The notes under the pieces were generated by a model. It saw only the letters and a program-made list of their open reading frames with translations. It was not told the origin of the DNA and searched no databases. A program made the translations under genes and the position numbers. Positions 10,294-23,888 of a DNA stretch of 64,000 nucleotides are shown in pieces. The stretch is taken from the NCBI GenBank assembly GCA_023515725.1, contig JALDTO010000251.1, forward strand, positions 1 to 64,000, read 5' to 3'. Every line of letters begins with the position of its first letter. Position 1 is the stretch's first letter. Source of the stretch: Amoeboaphelidium protococcarum X5 (lineage: Eukaryota; Fungi; Aphelidiomycota).

Positions 10294-13200
10294 TCAAACT
10301 TGTTCATTTACTTCAAAAGGATGTCTGCTGCATTTACTCTCGTAAACAACGACAGGCAACTCTGTCTATGTCTCCATCTCTTTACAGATCTTCCTAATCT
10401 AAATTTAAAACTACAGTGGATCAAATTAGAATTATTACTACGTGTCAAGAATGGTGTGCTCAATGTCCTGTGCAGCATTCCTGGCCAGCATCATCTTCTT
10501 GCTAGTGTCGGCCTTCTTGCTGCTGGAATTCAGCTTCTTGAAAAGTGTGCTAGAATTATCCTTACTATGAACTTCTGCTGGAGTATTAACAGAATCAACA
10601 ATGTCATGCAACTTCTAAATCAACTTTTTGCAAGTCTGAGGCGGAACAAAAACTACCGTGGAGTAGATATTCAACGACATGATCTCAGACAGCAGACTAC
10701 TGAACCCGATAAGATCTGAATACATCACCACTAGCACATGATATTATACTTGTTGATTCAAAGCCAAGGACACGCGATTTAGATTAGATGACACAAATTT
10801 GATCTGTGGATACTTTTGTTGGTAATACGGAATCTTCTTCGCAGTCTTGACAAAGCTCGATCTGTGCACAGAGTTTAATGCAAGATTCCCAGAAATCAAT
10901 TACAATTTAGAATCATCAACACCAGTCAATTCACCAACGACAGCACCAACTTCACTGGAAACACGTTTGGCCACCAAAACATTGGCAGCATCGCTAAAGT
11001 CACCATCAAGGAAACAGTACATTTGTGCATTACTCTGAACCGCCTAGTCTCCTCTAACAGCTTGATCATTACTAATCAAATTCTTCTTTTAGTAACTTTA
11101 TCTCTATCTAACTAAAGAAGGAGCATCAAAGTACGACTCCCATGGAAAAGCGGCACATGATTAAGCACACACCAAAATGACGGGATGATTAACATCTACA
11201 GTAAATTGGTTAGTTCTTTAAGGCAAAAATTACTACAGTGCGGGAATAATTCTAGGAAACCATGTAGTTCGCAGATTATGCAGCAGTTTCAGTGTCTTCA
11301 ACGATGCCTGATTATCACCAGAGTCATAAGTAGACATCAGAAAAGTCAAAATTTCAAATACATCACGCTTCTTTTACGCATGAAACTCTTTCGCCGGAAT
11401 AATAACATCTTGAATTGGGAGCAAAAATAATGACGGCAGAGTCTTTTGGTTCTTGGCATCGGTTTTCATCAAGAGCTGAATTTCACTTACAGCACAGCTA
11501 TTATGGCCATTCAACTTCATAAAGAGTGGCTTACCAGATTTTTCAGTCCGCTGGCTAAAGCTATACTACGAAATATCAACTATTCCATCGCGCACCTAAT
11601 CTTGGAACGATGTAAACTTTGAGTTCTTATCCACCAGTCTTATCTTTGATAACTCGGCAGAGTCAGCGTGTTATAGACCGGCAATAGACTGGATGGTACT
11701 TACCTGAGATGCCAGAGAAGATTGTGTGGCAGTACTAATCGCAGAGGACTTGGAAGAAGTGGTAGAGAATTTTGATTTATCAGAAACCTTCTACTAATCT
11801 TGGGTTGGTGAGAACAACTTAAGCAAAACATCATTCAATGTTGCAGTGACTGGACATTCTACTGTGCACGCTATATCAGCCGCCTTGCTCGCACATAGTT
11901 TAAATTAGATCAAGCCATTCTTAGCTCTATCCACCAAGTTGCTCTTGTCAGCTGATTCATTGCCTGGCGGACTATTTATACTGGTATCCGCATTGTCAGA
12001 TGCGATGCTTTTAACACTGAATGCCTTGTACAATCCGATTTGAGGAGACATGAATGCAATATGACTTTCCAAATTCAGTATATAAAAGTACCTCTCCGCA
12101 TTAGGCTTGCTATTGGAAGACTGATCCACTGCCAACTTCTTCCACTTCTACAAAACGGATTACTGAACATGATCCACATACTCTTTCCAACTTTTCTTGT
12201 TCTTCATGAATGACTGGCTGACACTTCGAAGTCCTAGCTCATAGGCAAGCAGCCAGCACAGAGGAGTTTTCATTTCTCCATCTTTCATAGTCACTGCAGC
12301 AAAGTTCAGGGCAAGTTCATCTTTATCCGACATCTGCTTCGATACAGCACCAACTGTAGCTTCGGAACTCAGACTTTCAGACTCAACATTGTAATCAGAG
12401 TCTGAATCTTTGGTTAAAAATGAATCGTTCTTGCCAATTGAAGCAGTCTTGGAAGTGGAATGACTGTGATTCTGCTTTAAAGACTCAGACGCCAGACCTG
12501 ATTTGACATGCTTCATCTACGCGCCACCACGAATCAGTTTAGAAGAGTGATCCTTAGACGTTGAACTGCTACTAAGAGATTAATTCAAAGAACCAGGCCT
12601 TGATACAACAGAGTGTTGATATTGATGAGCTAAAAATTACTATTCTAGCTATAGATATGCGCATGCAACATATTCATAATCTGCCCGAAATTTAGAGTCC
12701 TGAACGGCAAACAGATAACGACTCAGCCTCATGTAACAATTTAGGACGGATTGAGGTACACGCCCAGTGTAGTTGCTAACACAATAAAAAGAGTCCACAA
12801 ATCTCACAGCCTCTTTGTAGAAATCCAAACTCACTTCTGATTTTCCCATAACCAATAACAACTCAACTACATTGACATAATCAATCAGGCAATGCTTCAA
12901 ATTTCTCAACTGCAATGAATTGACGAGACATTTCTGAGCATAATCTAGTAACTTCTCTAAAGGGAAATCAAACTGAATCGACTTTAAAACGTCTTGCAGT
13001 TTCTAACCATCAATAGCAACCGCTGCATTAGTATGATCCAAGAACAAACTTACAAACCACCTTCTTGCCAATACAGTATTAGACACTGAGGATTCTTTTA
13101 CCAAAATATCGAACGCATTTCTGACGACTGTAAATGCTTTAGCGGAAGCATCTGGAGAAATTTCTGATGGTGAGCGACGCGTCATAAAAGATGATTTTCG

Positions 13201-15543
13201 AGCTGACGAGAACATGGGCATATTTCCAATAGACATGCTTGATCGCACATTATCTTTGGCAAACGCTTGATTTAAATCTTCTCTATCACTCAAGACGGAC
13301 ACTTTGGAAATCAGTCGCGCTTTCAGAACCAAATCAGAATCTTCCATGTACCTGTCATATAAAGCTGCAGCTTCACTATAGCGATGCAAATCAATCAGAC
13401 ATTTAATAATCTAAACACAAACTAGATGAGATTAAGTATTGGAAGTTTAGTAGTTGAACAAATAGCGACCGACAGCTTTACCAGCCTCAGAAGGCACAAA
13501 ATCAGCCTAGAATAAAAGCCCATTCAGAATGGCGTCCTCTCTAATCTATTTCTCGTTGCACAACAAATCAATAGCGTCAAACGTCCATCCACATTTACGA
13601 TAAACCTTGGCCAATTTCAGTGTCAAATCAAAACAGTCAACTGATGTGCTATGCTCAACAATAAATGTGGACAGATAAGCGGACGCTTCTGAAAAATCAC
13701 CAACTTACAAACAAACGTCAGCGATCATAATAGTAATCTTTCGTAACTGATCAATCCAGTGGGTTTAAAGATTACCCAAACTGATATACTTATTAAAGCA
13801 GGCCTTCAACAATCTTATGGCCTAATACGCAAACCCAGACTCTATATACACATTAGCCAAAGTTTGAACCAGATGGAAATACTCATTATGCTTCTCCTCC
13901 AAGGCACAGAGATCAATTGCGGCATAATAAAACTTGATTGCCTTTTCTATTTAGCAATTATCCAAGCAAATGGATGCCAAATTGGACAATTAAATAAAAG
14001 TGACAGGTCGCTTTCTCAGCCTCAAATTCTCAAGAGCAGCATCGAAAGCATAAATAGCAAATAGAGCCTTCTTGTTCAGCAACAGCAATTCTCCATACAG
14101 TCTGAGAGCATTGTAACCAAGAGTTGACAAGATTGGATTACTATGACGCGTCTTCAACTAATGCAGTAGACAAATGCATTCGAAAGCCAGAGACTCAGCA
14201 ACCGCCAATGAATTATTTTCATGCATTTCATATAAAGCACAAACATAAGCAGCTTTAGCCTTGACATAGCTGAGTGAAGACTTACTATATAGCGCCTGTA
14301 TCTCTTTAAATCTGTACTCAGAGTCTACAGCAATTCGCATCTGATCATGTATCATACTAAATGCATCACTCTAGTCATCTTCCAAATCTTCCAAATTCAA
14401 AGCTTCCGTACTAAGAGGATCAATACCAAAATTCAGACACTGAACATCACTAAGCACCGCCAACTTGAGACTCATTAAAGCTGTGCCATCAATATTATTC
14501 GACTACTCACGCAAAAGTAGTTCATACAGTTGACAAAGCTCATGCTCACACGGAAGAACATTTTTCATATGATGCACAGATGACTCAATCTTCAAAAGTC
14601 TCATTTATATATCAAAAGCTGCACTACCATTTATCATGGATTTGAAGCCATTATTGCTGAGGATTTACAACTAACTAAATACTTTCCACTTGGCATTGTA
14701 TGATACTAATCTCAAAGCCTGCTCTTCAATTGCAGCGGTTGGTTAAATCTTCTGCTGCTCTAAACAGTCAAAGTACTTCTGGATAGTCTCCTCGCATTGC
14801 GCAAAATTATTAAGTCTATAATCCGTCATAAACTAATCAAATAATTTCTAAATCAAGCTATCACCGCTGTTTGTGATATCTGCAGTATTGGCTCTACTAT
14901 CATCATTCACGTTATCCAAAAGGCCAACGATAAAGTTCTCCATATGAGACTCTGGTATGAACTTGCTTTAATTTATAGTGAGACTGAATAACATTGTACT
15001 CTTTGGATACTTGACGGTTTTGATAGCATTAAGTGCAAACTTATCTTCAAATCTAAAATTCTAAACTGACAATTCTTATCCAGCACCCTGCTGACTTGAA
15101 GTTGATGAAGCACTGGTTGGAGTGGCAAACAGCTCCGTATGTAGATTCTTGGTCAGCTTAGTCCTATCAACCTGCTCCCCTAGAAATTCTGAATCCCAGT
15201 CATCTTCCGCTTCTTCGGGTTCTTTTGATGATTATTTCTATGACTATACAGGGGATTTCGCATCAGGTGTATGACTTTTGGCATTAGTAGCTCCATTGGG
15301 AACACTGACAGCGGCACTCTTCTCAATGGACGGTCTCTAGCTACTATTTGTTAGGTTCATCTGCTTAGTAGAAGGTGTGGTGACTTCAATATCATCTTGA
15401 AATTCATCATCCCAATCTTCTACTTAAAAGTTGCCAGCATGAAGACCCACAAGTGCAGTAGAAGCTTCAGTATCAGCCTTTACAATTTACGGCGCAACAT
15501 CATTTCCACCAAAATCAGAATCCCAGTTTTCGCTATCATCCAT
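10294..15543 (-). CDS. Large (~1749 aa) helical-repeat/TPR-like protein with N-terminal acidic WDxxF motifs and C-terminal CHAT/separase-like segment
   Basis: All minus-strand fragments (12135, 12516, 12915, 13389, 14355) are in the frame of ATG 15543, with TGA at 10294-10296. ENWDSDF, EDWDDEF and DDWDSEF occur near the N-terminus, and VILVCAQSCAAFPWESYF near 11140. Not every codon was checked, and function is uncertain. Confidence 0.6.
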
Positions 15544-15865
15544 TCCTCAATTAAAGATATTAATCAATACAGTAGTAGTTCAGGTAAAAGGTATTATTAT
15601 GAATAGGCACTTGAGTGAATACAAATATAGACAATGTACAGTACCAAAGAAAAGAAGTTGATTGTTACAACAAGATTCAAAGTAATTGTTTCAGAGTGAA
15701 AGGCCGTGTGTGTGTGACGGTCATTGTTTGATCTCTCGTAATGATAGTTGTTGGTATCAACTCTTCTTTGCATGGCTTCTTTTTTTTTATTGCTACTGCT
15801 ATAACTTCTTAGATCACTGTTTCTTGATTATATTTATCTTGTGAAGTCTAATATCGTAGTGTATT

Positions 15866-16933
15866 ATGTCAAAGAGCGAGAAGAGATCATCTGTATAGAG
15901 AAGAGGATCCTAAAGTCCTGATGTTAATTTATCGGAATAGTAAAAGTAGATGCATCCATTGAGACCAAAATCGAGTCAAAGTCCTACAACCCCATTCTAT
16001 TCAAACGAGCGATTATTCGACGAGATAACCGCATTAAAGAAATAAGTACATGAGTTGCAGGATAAGAATAAACTTCAACTGACTTAGATAAGGCGAATGA
16101 CAGAGGAGCAGAAGAAGAAGGATAGTGAATACGAGTAGTTGTTAAAGATGCGCTTGGGACTGACTGTTTCACCGGGAGATCATCAGACCGCGGATTCCTT
16201 TAGAATTGAAGACAGCTATTTGGTCGGGCGTTTGAAAGACACCATCAAGTAGAAAGACACTGAAATTGCCACCCTGCGCACAGAAATTGAACAGCTTCGA
16301 TAAAATAGTAAATAGAGCCAACTAAATAAGCTTGAAGTTTAACTTAGAGCTGTGCAATTGGAATTTGAGACTTTAAAACTTGAGTCCACTACCAAAGCGC
16401 GCAATGATAGTTTGAATGAGAAAGCTAAGAAGATTAAAGATGCGCCTACGAATACGTACTAAGGGGCAAAGAATTAGAGTACTTTAAAGGATAAGCCATC
16501 TCCATAAATCAGTGAATAATCTCCGTCAAAGTGGACAAGTAAGTCATTGAATCGAAGTGAACATTCACCTAAAGAAAGTAGTAGGAGTGATAATGGTGAT
16601 AAGTCATAACCTAACGACAGAAAGAAATTACAGCAAAGTAAGGATTTTTACTAAGGGGTATCTTTGCATGAGCCTGGTGAGGTGACTTTGAAAGAGCGAG
16701 ATTAAATTGAAACTTAAAAAGAGCCTGGACAGGTGAATTAAAAAGATGCATTTAAAGTGAATTATGCTCACATATCTGACGCGTCAATACAATCTGCGAT
16801 CCAAGTTCCTCGATTGACTCCAGGGGAAAAGGATGTTGAATCAAAGTCCAGTCAATAACCTGTTAAGTCTTCATAGAATTCCATCTCAAGTTAAAAGAGT
16901 AAAAAGTCGATAAGTTTTGAGATTCCAAATTGA
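15866..16933 (+). CDS. Coiled-coil protein resembling the IQCE N-terminal domain, 355 aa
   Basis: Open from ATG 15866 to TGA 16931-16933. ERLFDEITALKK...TQIRRMTEEQKKKDSEYEQLL...SYLVGRLKDTIKQKDTEI resembles, from recall, the IQCE coiled-coil region. The rest is low-complexity S/K/Q sequence. Confidence 0.55.
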
Positions 16934-17517
16934 CTATATGCGAGTACTGTAGAAGAATAAAAAATAGACTCAAAATTTAGCTTAGCTTTTCTAGTTCATT
17001 TGAGAGATTATTCTCAAGCATTGATTGACCCATGTGATCAAAACTAGAAGACAAACTGACACTCTGCGTAAAAGCCAATTCAAAATCAGCTCAATATTAA
17101 TGTCAATTTACAGTATGTTACTACACTGAATATGAAAATTATAGAAAATTCAACAAGCAATGATGATTAAATTAAATCACAAGATCAAAATTGAAACGCC
17201 ACCAGCGCGTGTACTTTGTCTCAAAAAGGAAAAGGTTTATGATCTGAATGCGCAAAAGGAGTAGATCACGCAGCGAGAAGAAGGCCGAGAAGAGAAAGTG
17301 GAAGATTGAGCCCCTTACCGTCATAGTGACGCCTTCTTAGTCTACCCCATCCTTTTTAATCCTCTTGCTCTATCTTCCCATTTGTCAAGTCTCGGCCAGT
17401 ATCTGAGAATTAGTTTTGGTATTTCTGCCGTGTACCTCTTCTGTGTGTAGATTGTAATAATCACAAGTAAAGATTTCCTATATCGTAATCCATCCGTATT
17501 GAATTGCATATAAACAG

Positions 17518-20500
17518 ATGAGTCAAGGTGACATCAGTACGTCTATAAATTTTGGTAATCTTTTCCGTGGCATATTCAAGATACCTGCTCCGGTGCCTCC
17601 AGAGTTGCCACAGCCTATTGGTGAAGGTGTATGCTTGCAGGGAGCCAATTTTGCCCCGGTGATCTTGTCTGCGAATAATTCGTGTCCGCAGCACTTCTAC
17701 TGCCCGAACACGTCTCCTGATAATCCGATATCTAATCCGCAAATGTGCCCACCTACGCTCAAGTGTCAGTCGCTGCGTCTGACATCCAATTTCTGTGAGC
17801 CACAAGGTCTTTATGAGCCGGTGCCGTGTCCAAAGGGATTCTATTGTCCGAATCCCAGGGAGAAAATCATATGCCCAGAGAATCATTATTGTCCAACTGG
17901 TCGTGTTGTTCCTATTCCGTGCACGTAGCCTATGAGCATTTGTCCTGAGGGCTCTTTCAAGTAATCATACTATGGTGGACTGTTGGTCGCTGCGGTAATG
18001 GATGTCTTTATCGTTATCCTGCTGATTGTACTAAAGTGTCGCGGTCTGAGAGACTAGAAGCGTCGCGCCAAGAAGATGAACCGCATGAAGGTTGGTCGTA
18101 ACATTGGTACCATCAGTGAAGTGCACATGTCTGACGATAAGAGTAAGATCTTGTTCTTGACTAAGCCCTCTTCTGAAGAGTTGGATGATCAGGATGATTT
18201 TGATGGTAGTACCATTGCTGGGAAGAAGCGTGGATTTAAGGCTTATTACAGACGCAGATTGATCAGATTCATCAACTGGGTGGGAATGTACCTGCCTATT
18301 CATGTTAACATCAAGTCTCCTGAAGAGACCAAGAAGCGTCCAACTGCTGTTAACAATCATCAAGCTTCTGTTGGTGCGTATGCCGCTCGTCCTAGTCATA
18401 GTACGATTGATATCGCTGACAATAATCCATATGGTAGATCTTCTGTATGCAGTGCCGCTGCCACTTTCAGTCGTAATCGTGCACAGAACACGGTGGTGAC
18501 CAAAGTGTCGAGCACTCATTTCAGTCATAATCTGCATGATCTGCTGCATGCTTTTAAACGCGCCCAGAATGGTCAAGACTTGAGTCTGCACTTTGAATTT
18601 GATCGTCTGTCTTTGACTCTGCCGTCTGGTAAATGTATTTTGAATGGTGTCAATGGTTTGATTGTACCTAATAGAGTGACTGTGATTATGGGCCCTTCTG
18701 GTGCTGGTAAGAGTACGTTTATGAATGTGTTGACGGGCAAGTTGAATAGAACTGGAGGTAAATTGCTGATCAATGGTAAGGAGGTGGAGATGCACAAGTA
18801 TAAGAAGATTATTGGGTACGTGCCTCAGGATGATGTTATGCTTGAGGAGTTGACTGTTCGTGAGAATATTGCCTACTCTGCCAAGACTCGTCTGCCCCGC
18901 TCTTGGTCTAGTGCTGAGGTGGAAAAGTTTGTTGATGAAGTGCTGGATGCTTTGGAGTTGTCTCACGTTGCCAACAACATGACGTCTGCCGTGAGTGGTG
19001 GTTAGAGAAAGCGTGTTAATATCGGTATGGAATTGGCCACTGCTCCAAGTGCAATCTTTTTGGATGAACCCACTTCCGGTCTGGATAGTACCGCTGCTTT
19101 GAAGGTGGCCAATATCATGAAGAGAACTGCGTAGGATATTGGTATTACTGTCGTGGCTGTGGTGCATTAGCCTAGATATGAGATTTTTGAGTAGTTTGAT
19201 GACGTGCTCATGATTGCGCAAGGTGGTAATACTGCGTACCTTGGTCCTAGAGAAGAAGTTTTGGACTATTTTGAGAGTCTTGGCTTTTACTTTAATCCAA
19301 AGAATAACCCAGCTGATGTTCTTATGGATATTCTTAGTGGTAAAGGTTAGCGTTTGAATCCATCTCTGCTGCCGTAGAATATTGACTCTCAGAATCTGAG
19401 TATGTACATGCAATAGCTTGTCGAAGATGGAAAGGCTGAATTTGTGGAGTACGATGTTAAAGAGTTGAGTCAAGCCTGGATGGTGCAGGAAGACTTCAAC
19501 CGCAATGATTTGCCAGATTTAAGCTATTTGAATAGAAGAGGTCCAAGTGCGTAAATGGCTATGACATCCGCTACGCCTGTTAATTAGTTGAATGATATCG
19601 TTGTCGCGTCAAGTGAATTTGATTAGGAATCTACTACTAAAGTTGGTGGTGGGAATTAAGAAAATGAGGCACTGAGTATTAATGATCAAGACCTTTCAGA
19701 CAAGTTCCATGATAGCTTTGAATAGCCAGCGGATGTATTGAGCACTCCTGATGACTATGTTGAGTCTTTGAAAGATTTGAAAAAGAGAACCAGCAGAAAT
19801 AGACTGAGCACATTTTATACTGACAAAGATGTCGAGAAGGATGGTAGTGAAAGAGGATTGGGTGATGCTGATAGTGCGAGTTATCAATCTCTCTCTGAAT
19901 CTCACGATAGATTGAGATAAGCTTGTAAAGAGCGTGGTGCTAATCCAATGGTATAGTTAGTTAATGCTCATAACAGATCCATGCTTTAGTAATACAGACG
20001 AGTCAATGCATTCTTTATAGAATTGGGCGTGGCCGTTGTCACTGGATCCTTGATGGGCCTGGCTGTGACCAGTTATAATGGTGGTCTGTACCAAGGATTG
20101 CTAATTGTGCCTTTTACTTTGCTCTCACCTGCGCCGATTGAAGTAGTCATTCCGATCTTGTGCCTGCTGGTCTCATGTGCAATCGGTCTGTCTGCTGCAC
20201 CTGCTGCCGTCAAGGTATTTAGTGAAGAGCGCGATGTCTATTACCGTGAGGCATCCACGGGTCATAGTCCTTGGGCTTATTATGTTGGTAAGAATGTCGC
20301 GTCCACCTATCGATTCGTAATTACTTCATGGCATTTCTGCTCGCTCTACCACTTCTTTGCGACTCCTAACATTAGCTTTTATCTGATGTTTTACATTCAC
20401 CTGCTCATGTTCTTTTGCGTGTATGGAATGTCTTTCGCTCTGGGTATGATGGTGAGGCGAGAGAATGCTAGTATGACTGCGGTATGTCTTGCTGTTGTTA

Positions 20501-20787
20501 TGGCTGCTCTATGTGGAGGTGGCCCTAATTTGGCTGACATGTAGAAGATCAATCTTGGCTGGATTCTCGATCTTTCATATGCTCGCTGGGGAGCTGAGGC
20601 GTGGTATTCTGAAGAGCTGCTTCTTTTCGATGGTGTCTTTGAAATTTATAACGTGTCCGCTGCCGTGTTTGGGTTTACGCTTGGTAGATACTTGGTCGAT
20701 ATCATCATTATGATTATAATTGGTTGTGTTTGGAGAGTAATTGGATACTTACTGCTGATCTGTTTAAATCGACAAAAGTAGCGTTGA
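17518..20787 (+). CDS. ABCG-family half transporter with N-terminal Cys-rich extracellular domain, 1089 aa
   Basis: Walker [10 protein letters not shown], signature VSGG[TAG=Q]RKRVNIG, Walker [13 protein letters not shown]-loop VH[TAG]PRY, C-terminal TMD with ERDVYYRE, and [16 protein letters not shown] repeats at the N-terminus. TGA at 20785-20787. Confidence 0.92.
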
Positions 20788-20909
20788 TTATCATTCAAAA
20801 TTTTGTTCGCTATACGTGGTGAAGTAATTATTTAGTGACGTCTGGAATATAATAAAAATTATCAAATTGAAGGCAAATTTCTAATTTTTCAACAAGAACG
20901 CTAACCATC

Positions 20910-21633
20910 TCAATATTCTAAGATTGCTGCGCCAGCATCAGTGACTTGTGGAATATTGCTCTTGATATCGAACGCTTTACTCAAAACAATCTTGAAGATT
21001 TTCTAAATGTTCACACCCTACTGCGAGGAGGTGAAGATCAGCGGTGCCTTCATGGCCTTGGCAAACTTTCGGCTCTGGCTAGTGATCTCCTCTTGGTCTT
21101 CCTTGCTCAGCTGCTGAAACTGATCGTACTTGGTGCCGATGAGAAACGGGAGCGCCGTCTTGTTGAAGCCTCGCGCCTGGCGATACCACTCCTTGACAGA
21201 GTTCAGCGTGGACTTTCTGGATAGATCAAACATGAACAGTAGAGCCACGGACTCATTGCACACCAGGGGCAACATGTTCACGAATTCTTTTTACCCACCC
21301 AGATCCCAGATGGAGAAGGTGATTTCGTTATTCTTCAACGTGATGCTCTTCTCCATAAAATTGACGCCCAGAGTCTGAATGTAGTCTTCATCAAAAGTGC
21401 CCTCAACATACTTGACCATCAACGAAGTTTTACCAATTTGAGAGTCACCCAACATGCCAATTTTCAACACGATACTACATCACATAAATATTAATCACAT
21501 TTTATTATCGCATAGATAACTCTATTACTTACTTTTTCTTTTACTGTTCTACAGCGCCATCATCGGTCTGATCGTTGGTCGTTTCAAGAGTGTTGTTTGC
21601 AGCAGCGTTGCTTCTAGAAGTACTTTAATCCAT
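20910..21633 (-). CDS. spg1: Spg1/Tem1 septation/mitotic-exit Ras-like GTPase (1 intron, 21475-21532)
   Basis: LKIGMLGDSQIGKTSLMVKYVEG, YIQTLGVNFMEK, SIWDLGG[TAA=Q]KEFVNMLPLVCNES, WYRQARGFNKTA. The GTAAGT...TAG intron restores the frame. Confidence 0.93.
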
Positions 21634-22041
21634 GCTTTTGCTGATATATAATAAATTCGTATTTAAAAAACGATAAAGCAGTGTTGATTAATTTAAATGA
21701 GAAGCATTAAAAGTAATATAAAATTAGGCGCATAGTTACAATGTCCTACATAGTACTACTGTCAATGGCAACTTGAGGATTTCTAATGCGTTTCCATAAC
21801 GACTCACGCGCGATCATGTCGTTCGTTAATCAAGTGGTGACGTCGACATATAGAACATTGTCAGTATGACTATAGGACTGCGCTCAAATTCTTAACAACT
21901 CTAAAAACTAGGGGGAAAATCTAAGATACATTGAAAATCAATGCTTGGTATAAAAGTCTTCTATTAAAAGACTCACACTAACTAATGTTACCCAAATTCA
22001 TTGTCGTAATCAATAGAGAACTACATGGCAGCAACTGTCGA

Positions 22042-23581
22042 TCAGAATAGATCAATACCACTCAGTTCCGACTACTCCTTGACGAACATCTCAAAGTACT
22101 GGTAGATGATCGTCACAGCCAGTAAAATACCAGTACCGCTACCAATCGCGTCCATCATGTCAGCCACGATAGACAGGGCACCGATACACATTCCACCGAA
22201 AGCGGCCGCAGTCGGAATGATGCGCTTCAACTCCTTGTACATTGATCCCTCACGATGACCACGCATAACCATTTGCTGTTCCTTCAACTGACGCGCCACG
22301 TCACGAGGCGAAGATCCGCTCACTTCAATCCACGTCTTGGACAAGAACGCGCACGCAGACAGCATAAAAGCTACATACACCGCAAAGTGGATCGGATCAC
22401 TCAGCGCACTCACCCAATTGTGAGGCGGGGAGATGTAGTACGCCATTCCACCGCTAGCCTTCAACTAACTAGTTCCCTCCAACGGCTCCCATACACCAAC
22501 CAGACGAACAAGGAAATTCTCTGGATAGCGATTGAACAGCAGCTGGGAAACAAAGTAAATGTTGGACACCAGCGCAGACTGCAGCATGATAGGCATGTTC
22601 GAGGTATAGAACAACTTCACAGGGAAAGTGCCTTAATGACCGCGAAACTTGTTGCTCTTCACCGGAATCTCAATTCTGAATCCCTAAAAGTAAATGACAA
22701 TGGCAAACACGACCAGAGTCGACAACAGACTAGACAAGTTTGGTGCATGAGATCTAAAGAAGGCTTCACGCACGGCACGCATCTTATCAGATCGGGTGAT
22801 GATCAAGTGGAAGAAGGCCAGAATAGCTCCATGGAACTCAGTACCACGACCAGTGTTGATAGTGGTTGGTGAAAATGACTGCCACATGATATTCTCACAA
22901 ATATTGGTGGCAATGAACAGCGAGATACCGGCACCCAGTCCGTAACCCTTCTGCAACATCTCATCCAGCAGAATGACAATAAGACCAGCGATAGTCAACT
23001 ACAACACTAGTAGAAGACAAATACCAGCTCCAATTTCCTTTGGATCTCCATAGAATCCACTTAGAATACTGACCAGAGCCTGGCCAAAAGTCATAATGAT
23101 AGCCAATAACTTCTGCGCACCATTGAAAAGGGCACGATCTTCTTTCAAGCTGTGGTCCACTTCAATAATACCCGCTCCGGATAAAAGTTGAATAATCATA
23201 CCAGAAGTGACAATCGGAGTAATACCATACTCCATCAAGGTACCACGATTACTGGCCATGATAACACGGAGCCAGAACATGGGATCAGAGGAGTCGGAAC
23301 TCATAATGCCATATAGCGGAATCTAGGAACACACCAGAAAAATGATCAGTGTAATTGCGGTCCATAGAATCTTCTCTCTAAATTACACCTACAAGTTTAA
23401 CACATCCAATTGTCAATGGTCATAATGAGCTGAGAATCAACGGATAAATTACTCTTCTATCAGGCTGGGCAACTTCAGGAATTAGAGCCATAAACGGCCT
23501 AATCAAATGCAAAAATCTCACTACATATTTAGATTTGAAATGTATGGTTCACCCAGTTCCAAGTACAATCCTACCTCCCAT
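22042..23581 (-). CDS. SEC61: Protein transport protein Sec61 alpha subunit (2 introns: 23521-23574, 23389-23452)
   Basis: [72 protein letters not shown] introns keep the frame. Confidence 0.96.
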
Positions 23582-23888
23582 CACAGCTTCTTCTTAACAG
23601 TAGAGCTTCTAAGGTCGCGGTGTGATTGTTCGTTCGTTCGTTCCGGGAAAGAACGGAATCGCTGAGAAGAAAGTTTTCAGCAGATCGACACAGCGAGAAC
23701 GAACGGCCCAAGGTGGACGCGATTCTCTTTCATGTTAAACTCAAAAATAATCGTCACACACTGTATATCCTTTTATAAAGATTCTGATGTAAAATGGTAA
23801 TTTATCATCTTAAACCGCAGAGAAGTAAAATTATAGTATAATCCAATTTGTTTTCAACTCAAATGTATACCCACATTCAACCGCTTGA

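Noticed and set aside
18031-19473. 480-aa minus-strand ORF, the longest in the supplied track
   Set aside because: It is the antisense shadow of the ABCG NBD and has no recognisable motifs. The same applies to antisense ORFs over SEC61, ILS1, myosin, NOP58 and GalE.
10294-21633. Functional SIN/MEN cluster (WDxxF protein near Spg1)
   Set aside because: The large protein is not recognisably Byr4 or Cdc7, and two unrelated genes intervene. Proximity is probably coincidental.
23625-23705. (GTTC)n and similar (GTTT)n, (CAT)n, (CT)n runs (also ~30083, ~32232, ~61335) as a CRISPR-like or functional array
   Set aside because: These are short microsatellites with no repeat-spacer structure. No CRISPR array, tRNA or rRNA was recognised in the window.
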